A stretch of DNA of 64,000 bases from Camelus dromedarius. Its lineage: Eukaryota. Within the stretch, counting starts at the first letter, position 1. Every line of letters starts with the position of its first letter. Of the stretch, positions 63,020 through 64,000 are shown one piece after another. The position numbers were made by a program, and so were the translations under genes. The stretch is taken from contig NC_087446.1 in the NCBI RefSeq assembly GCF_036321535.1, positions 57,660,001 to 57,724,000 on the forward strand. Direction: 5' to 3'. Below the pieces are notes generated by a model. That model was not told the origin of the DNA. It did not search any database and saw only the letters and a list, made by a program, of their open reading frames with translations.

Positions 63020-63606
63020 TGTTGCTGAAACTGAAGAGGAACCCATACTGTGACAAGTAAATCTTGAAAGCAGCTTTTTTGCCCCTTTCCTATTTCTGTC
63101 CCCCTTATGACCTTAAAAGAGCCTAATTACAGCAATGTGACCGCTAAGCAACTGAAACTAACTCCTGACTTACACTCTCCTCAATGCACACCACACCTTG
63201 TCTAAACTGTTGATTCTTGCCTGGATAAAAAGAAGTCAGAATGAGGAACTACGCAGTTAAAGAATGATTAGCCCTCTATTCCCAGCAGCCCCCTTAGGCA
63301 GATCACGGGGCAAGATAGCATCTGAATAGTCAGCCAGTCTGCATGTGATGGACACTGAGGCAGAACCAACCTCCTGCCTCAATGAGTCACTCAGATTCCT
63401 CCCCTCACTCAGATTCCTCCCCTCCATATTTCCTTTTAGAAACTGTCATGGCTGAGCAGAATCTTCCAAGCTGATCTCCCGACATGAGTCTACCATTTCC
63501 CCAGATTGCCAGCTTTTCTGATTAAAACCTTTCCTTTCTACTGACACTTGCCTCTCGAATTTATTGGCTTTTGAGCAGTGAGCTGCCAAACCTGAGTTTG
63601 TTAACA
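63020..63606 (+). mobile_element. Solo ERV1-class LTR
   Basis: Runs TG...CA over about 587 bp (tgttgctgaa...gagtttgttaaca), with an ATTAAA-type poly(A) signal near 63520. The 3' end ttggcttttgagcagtgagctgccaaacctgagtttgttaaca resembles MER34/MER39-group LTR ends. No clean TSD. Confidence 0.65.
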
Positions 63607-64000
63607 ATCTCACTGTTTCACAAATTAATGACATGACCAATACTAAAGGGGGCACGTAAGAAATGTATTGGCCTAAGTAATTTTGGAAAACTGCTTTAAC
63701 TTGATAATCTGAGGCTGATTTAAAGAAAATCACAAACACTGTAATTCTAGTGACAAATTTGCTTCTCATAGGCATATGGGTTAAAGCAATTCTAAAATTA
63801 CTCTATATGTTCATTAGATTTGAATAAATAAATGTATATATTTTCATAACATGAGCAAGGCTTCTCCCTATCAGGTAAGAAGTTATACAAATGCAAATGA
63901 ACAGTATCACAATAAACTCTGGACTAAAGGACTGAAGTTAGAAGTAGCATATGAACTTTTGTGTATTTTACATAAAGTTGATCCATTAATGGACCTGATA

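Noticed and set aside
1-64000. Idea that the three modules are only an assembly artefact
   Set aside because: The modules carry private TE insertions (L1, ERV, SINEs) and 5-20% divergence in places, which is too much for allelic haplotypes. Long-read confirmation is still advisable for the closest pair.

Overview
Mammalian genomic DNA, AT-rich and repeat-rich. It is most likely camelid, judging from vic-1-type tRNA-derived SINEs and the L1 3' UTR style. The window is part of an olfactory receptor family 6C (OR6C) cluster with seven single-exon class II OR coding regions. Three are OR6C3-like (<1-898 +, 19875-20810 +, 59039-59974 -), three are OR6C1-like (12250-13191 +, 31197-32135 +, 45646-46584 -), and one is a single-copy OR6C3-related gene (39723-40661 +). 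All have open reading frames, and the first is cut by the window edge. The OR6C3/OR6C1 pair forms a duplicated module. Two copies of it (about 18115-36100 and about 41865-61790) face each other as a roughly 44-kb imperfect palindrome around a roughly 5.8-kb spacer that holds the single-copy OR. The middle of the right arm (about 48640-59974) is instead closest to the module at 1-12050, so the right arm is a mosaic. Identity between copies is very patchy, which points to repeated gene conversion. In the OR6C1-like copies the divergent islands coincide with TM4-ECL2-TM5 and TM6-ECL3. The intergenic DNA is L1, MIR, L2, MER58A, MER63A, SINE and LTR debris. One 1.85-kb ERV1-class insert has the hallmarks of an L1-mobilised processed retroviral mRNA: 5' truncation, U5 replaced by an A-rich tail, and a 15-bp target-site duplication (TSD). 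No prokaryotic-type system (CRISPR, operon, etc.) and no novel protein family is supported. All identity values are by-eye estimates, not computed alignments.
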